Source of the DNA: a virus
Lineage: Duplodnaviria > Heunggongvirae > Uroviricota > Caudoviricetes
Virus record (IMG/VR): IMGVR_UViG_2541047699_000009
Location: 1 to 10,885 of that record
Reading direction: 5' to 3' (one strand)
DNA length: 10,885 bases
The notes beneath the pieces were generated by a model that saw only the letters and a program-made list of their open reading frames with translations, ran no database searches and had not been told where the DNA came from. Positions within the stretch are counted from its first letter, which is position 1, and each line of letters begins with the position of its first letter. Positions 8,839-10,885 of the stretch are shown here, piece by piece. The position numbers and the translations under genes were made by a program.

Positions 8839-9519
8839 TTACCCCTGCCGCCCGATAACCACGACCTTTCCGCCCCCGCCTTCATCACGGGTGCTGATGT
8901 CCTGGGATATACGGCGGGAGCCAACCAGCATTTCCCCGTAAGGCACCGGCATCGGGTTCCCCTGGGCAATCATGTTATCCAGTGAGGAAAAGTACGTGTT
9001 CTGTCTGCCGTTATCCGTTGCGCGGTAATCCGGTGTTTTTGCCTTCGGGGCCAGCATCTGGGCCACACCGCCCAGTATCATGCTGGCCCCCAGTGAAAAC
9101 AGCATCGTGGTGGCAGAAAAACCGCCGGCACTCAGGGCTGTACCCCATAACGCCATCGAGGCACCGGCCGTGAAGAAAGAGCCCACGATGGCTGCCGCCC
9201 CCAGCACAATCTGCAGTCCACCCTTTCCGGCCCCGGCCAGTCGCGGCACAATGTGGATGACCGTTCCCTCACCCAGCTGTTCGTGAAGACGGGCGTACAC
9301 CGCCTCCGGTGCCGTGTCATCACCGGCAATACGTATCTGGTACCAGCCTTCGTTCATCTGACGGCGAAAGCCCGGCATCTGCATCGACAGGGCGCGAATG
9401 GCTTCCGCTGCCGTGTTCACATACAGGCTGAGGCGGCGGCCAAATCGTTGTAAATCCCCGTAAAGGCGGATGCGTGCCAGTGGCGGTGACGCCAGACTGA
9501 ATGCGTTCGTCGTTGCCAT
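8839..9519 (-). CDS. I: Tail tip assembly protein I, 226 aa
   Basis: MATTNAFSLASPPLARIRLYGDLQRFGRR..., AVIHIVPR-type motif, Gly/Ala-rich hydrophobic segment and C-terminal TDNGRQNTYFSSLDNMIAQGNPMPVPYGEM match lambda gpI from memory. ATG confirmed at 9517-9519. Confidence 0.9.
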   Translation of the reverse strand: MATTNAFSLASPPLARIRLYGDLQRFGRRLSLYVNTAAEAIRALSMQMPGFRRQMNEGWYQIRIAGDDTAPEAVYARLHEQLGEGTVIHIVPRLAGAGKGGLQIVLGAAAIVGSFFTAGASMALWGTALSAGGFSATTMLFSLGASMILGGVAQMLAPKAKTPDYRATDNGRQNTYFSSLDNMIAQGNPMPVPYGEMLVGSRRISQDISTRDEGGGGKVVVIGRQG

Positions 9520-10160
9520 TTTTCGGAATACCTCTCCCGTTTACTCAGTTGTTCAGGAATATGGTGCAGCAGCTCGCCGTCACCACAGTAAACGGCGGCA
9601 TGATTCGGCACCGATGAACCAAAGCAGCACAGCAGCACATCGCCTGCCTGTGCAGAGGACGGAGACACCCGGCAAAAGCCGTTTTCCGCCAGGTTGTCCA
9701 GGTACAGGTTCTGGCCGTTGCGCCACCAGTCATCCTCGCGATGAAAATCCGGCATTTCAGTCCCCGCCAGATGATAAGCATCCCGGAACAGCGTGTAACA
9801 GTCCGTCACCCCGTGCTCAAAGCGCCGTCCCGTCAGATGTGGCACACAGCGGAATTTGTGAATGTCACCCCGGCAGACCAGCCACCAGGGCAGTGCGCTT
9901 TTTATCTGCAGCCGCCGGTCAGCCTCGCTCAGCCAGGGCAGCCCACCGGGATGACTGTGGACCAGTGCCACAATCTCCCCCTGCATCTCTGCCCGCAGCC
10001 AGTCTTCCGGTGCGATACGAAAATACGCCTCCGGCTCCGCGGAAATATTCACACAAGGGATATACCGCTCCCCCTCCGGCGTGCTTATCACGAAGCCGCA
10101 CGACTCCGCAGGCGCACACCGCCGGGCATGCGCCAGAATCGCTGATTCAGTCTGTGTCAT
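9417..10160 (-). CDS. K: Tail tip assembly protein K (JAB/MPN metalloprotease-like plus NlpC/P60-like domains), 247 aa from the MTQTES start
   Basis: Begins MTQTESAILAHARRCAPAESCGF and contains the JAMM motif HSHPGGLPWLSEAD (H-x-H-x7-S-x2-D). ATG at 10158-10160 is 10 nt after the L stop. The 3' end overlaps the start of I by 103 nt. The track ORF to 10421 is an upstream extension into L and was not used. Confidence 0.88.
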   Translation of the reverse strand: MTQTESAILAHARRCAPAESCGFVISTPEGERYIPCVNISAEPEAYFRIAPEDWLRAEMQGEIVALVHSHPGGLPWLSEADRRLQIKSALPWWLVCRGDIHKFRCVPHLTGRRFEHGVTDCYTLFRDAYHLAGTEMPDFHREDDWWRNGQNLYLDNLAENGFCRVSPSSAQAGDVLLCCFGSSVPNHAAVYCGDGELLHHIPEQLSKRERYSEKWQRRTHSVWRHRHWHASAFTGIYNDLAAASACM

Positions 10161-10170
10161 AAACCGGGAT

Positions 10171-10869
10171 TTACTGCGAAAGTTTATTAATGGAAAGGAA
10201 ACCGCCAAAATTGCCGACATTCCTGCGCAGTTCACACCCGCGCATGCACTTGCTGCATCTGTCCTTACGGATATCCGTGGTGGGTTTATCGAACTCATCC
10301 GCCACAGCCCCGCCCGTGTAACCACACTCATCAGAGCGGTAGGTCCACATACAGGTGTTCGCCAGCATGATACGACCGGGAAACAGCGCCCCGTCCGTCT
10401 CGGTCGGTGTGGCCAGCACAAACGAGGCCGTCATGGCTGTCAGCTGCGACATCTGCTCCACCACCCAGCGGTCACTCAGCTCCTGCTCCGGGTCCGCCTC
10501 CGGATTGCCCGCAACGAAATTCACCGCATCCAGAAAACGGGCATACACCCGGCGGCGGACCACCGTGGCCCCCACCAGACTCTGCAGGTCTTCCGCCATC
10601 CCGGTGACCAGACCAAACAGATTGGACACCGTCAGCGATGGTCTGGCACTGCTGCCCTTCCCGTTCATCTCAAAGCCACTCCCCTCAATCGGGTACGCCT
10701 GATATTCACGCCCCTGCCAGGTGACCGGCTCCCCTTTTTCATTCAGCTCATTGCAGAAAAAATACCGCTCACCGCCCTGCACCGTCAGGTCGATTTCCCA
10801 GAGTACCACCCGCGGTGACTGCTCTGACTTAACCGACTCGTTCAGACTTTCTTCGTGAATATCCTGCAT
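10171..10869 (-). CDS. L: Minor tail protein L, 232 aa
   Basis: MQDIHEESLNE...RVVLWEIDLT...GERYFFCNE...GEPVTWQGREYQ...FGGFLSINKLSQ matches lambda gpL from memory. The C-terminal cysteine cluster (CMWTYRSDECGYTG ... CSKCMRGC) fits the Fe-S-binding region of gpL. Confidence 0.93.
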   Translation of the reverse strand: MQDIHEESLNESVKSEQSPRVVLWEIDLTVQGGERYFFCNELNEKGEPVTWQGREYQAYPIEGSGFEMNGKGSSARPSLTVSNLFGLVTGMAEDLQSLVGATVVRRRVYARFLDAVNFVAGNPEADPEQELSDRWVVEQMSQLTAMTASFVLATPTETDGALFPGRIMLANTCMWTYRSDECGYTGGAVADEFDKPTTDIRKDRCSKCMRGCELRRNVGNFGGFLSINKLSQ

Positions 10870-10885
10870 CAGTTCACCACCTGCT
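10869..10885 (-). CDS. M: 3' end of the upstream tail gene (minor tail protein M by synteny), partial at the window edge
   Basis: A minus-strand frame ends with TGA at 10869-10871, overlapping the L ATG (ATGA). Only about 5 codons are in the window, so identity rests on lambda gene order alone. Confidence 0.4.

Noticed and set aside
10161-10421. N-terminal extension of the K ORF (track start MCWPHR at 10421)
   Set aside because: The extension lies inside the 3' end of L in another frame. The conserved K N-terminus MTQTES begins at the ATG at 10160, just after the L stop.
9470-10818. Plus-strand ORFs of 230, 134 and 245 aa antisense to I, K and L
   Set aside because: They are fully embedded in the antisense of confidently identified tail genes, are Pro/Arg/Ala-rich with low complexity, and have no ribosome-binding site context.

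Overview
This window is the right (tail) end of a lambda-like prophage, entirely on the minus strand, followed by its tRNA attachment site and an IS911 copy in the host flank. Reading right to left, the late operon is: M (last codons only), L, K, I, J (host-specificity protein, 1230 aa), lom (Ail/OmpX-type outer-membrane protein), stf (side tail fibre, 687 aa), a GTG-started 92-aa acidic ORF coupled to stf, and a 95-aa predicted membrane protein. After an AT-rich, gene-free arm comes a 62-nt 3' fragment of a tRNA-Ser(CGA) gene (938-999), which I read as the attR core, then about 160 bp of flank and a partial IS911 (1-777) with intact orfA, frameshift heptamer and open orfB frame. All protein identities are from reading the translations against remembered lambda and IS911 proteins; no database search was run. 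The features most worth follow-up are a 343-bp insertion between I and J carrying a promoter and two terminators (a candidate small RNA), the mosaic tail fibre with its unusual small partner gene, and the terminal membrane-protein moron. Most plus-strand ORFs in the track are antisense artefacts of the GC-rich minus-strand genes.
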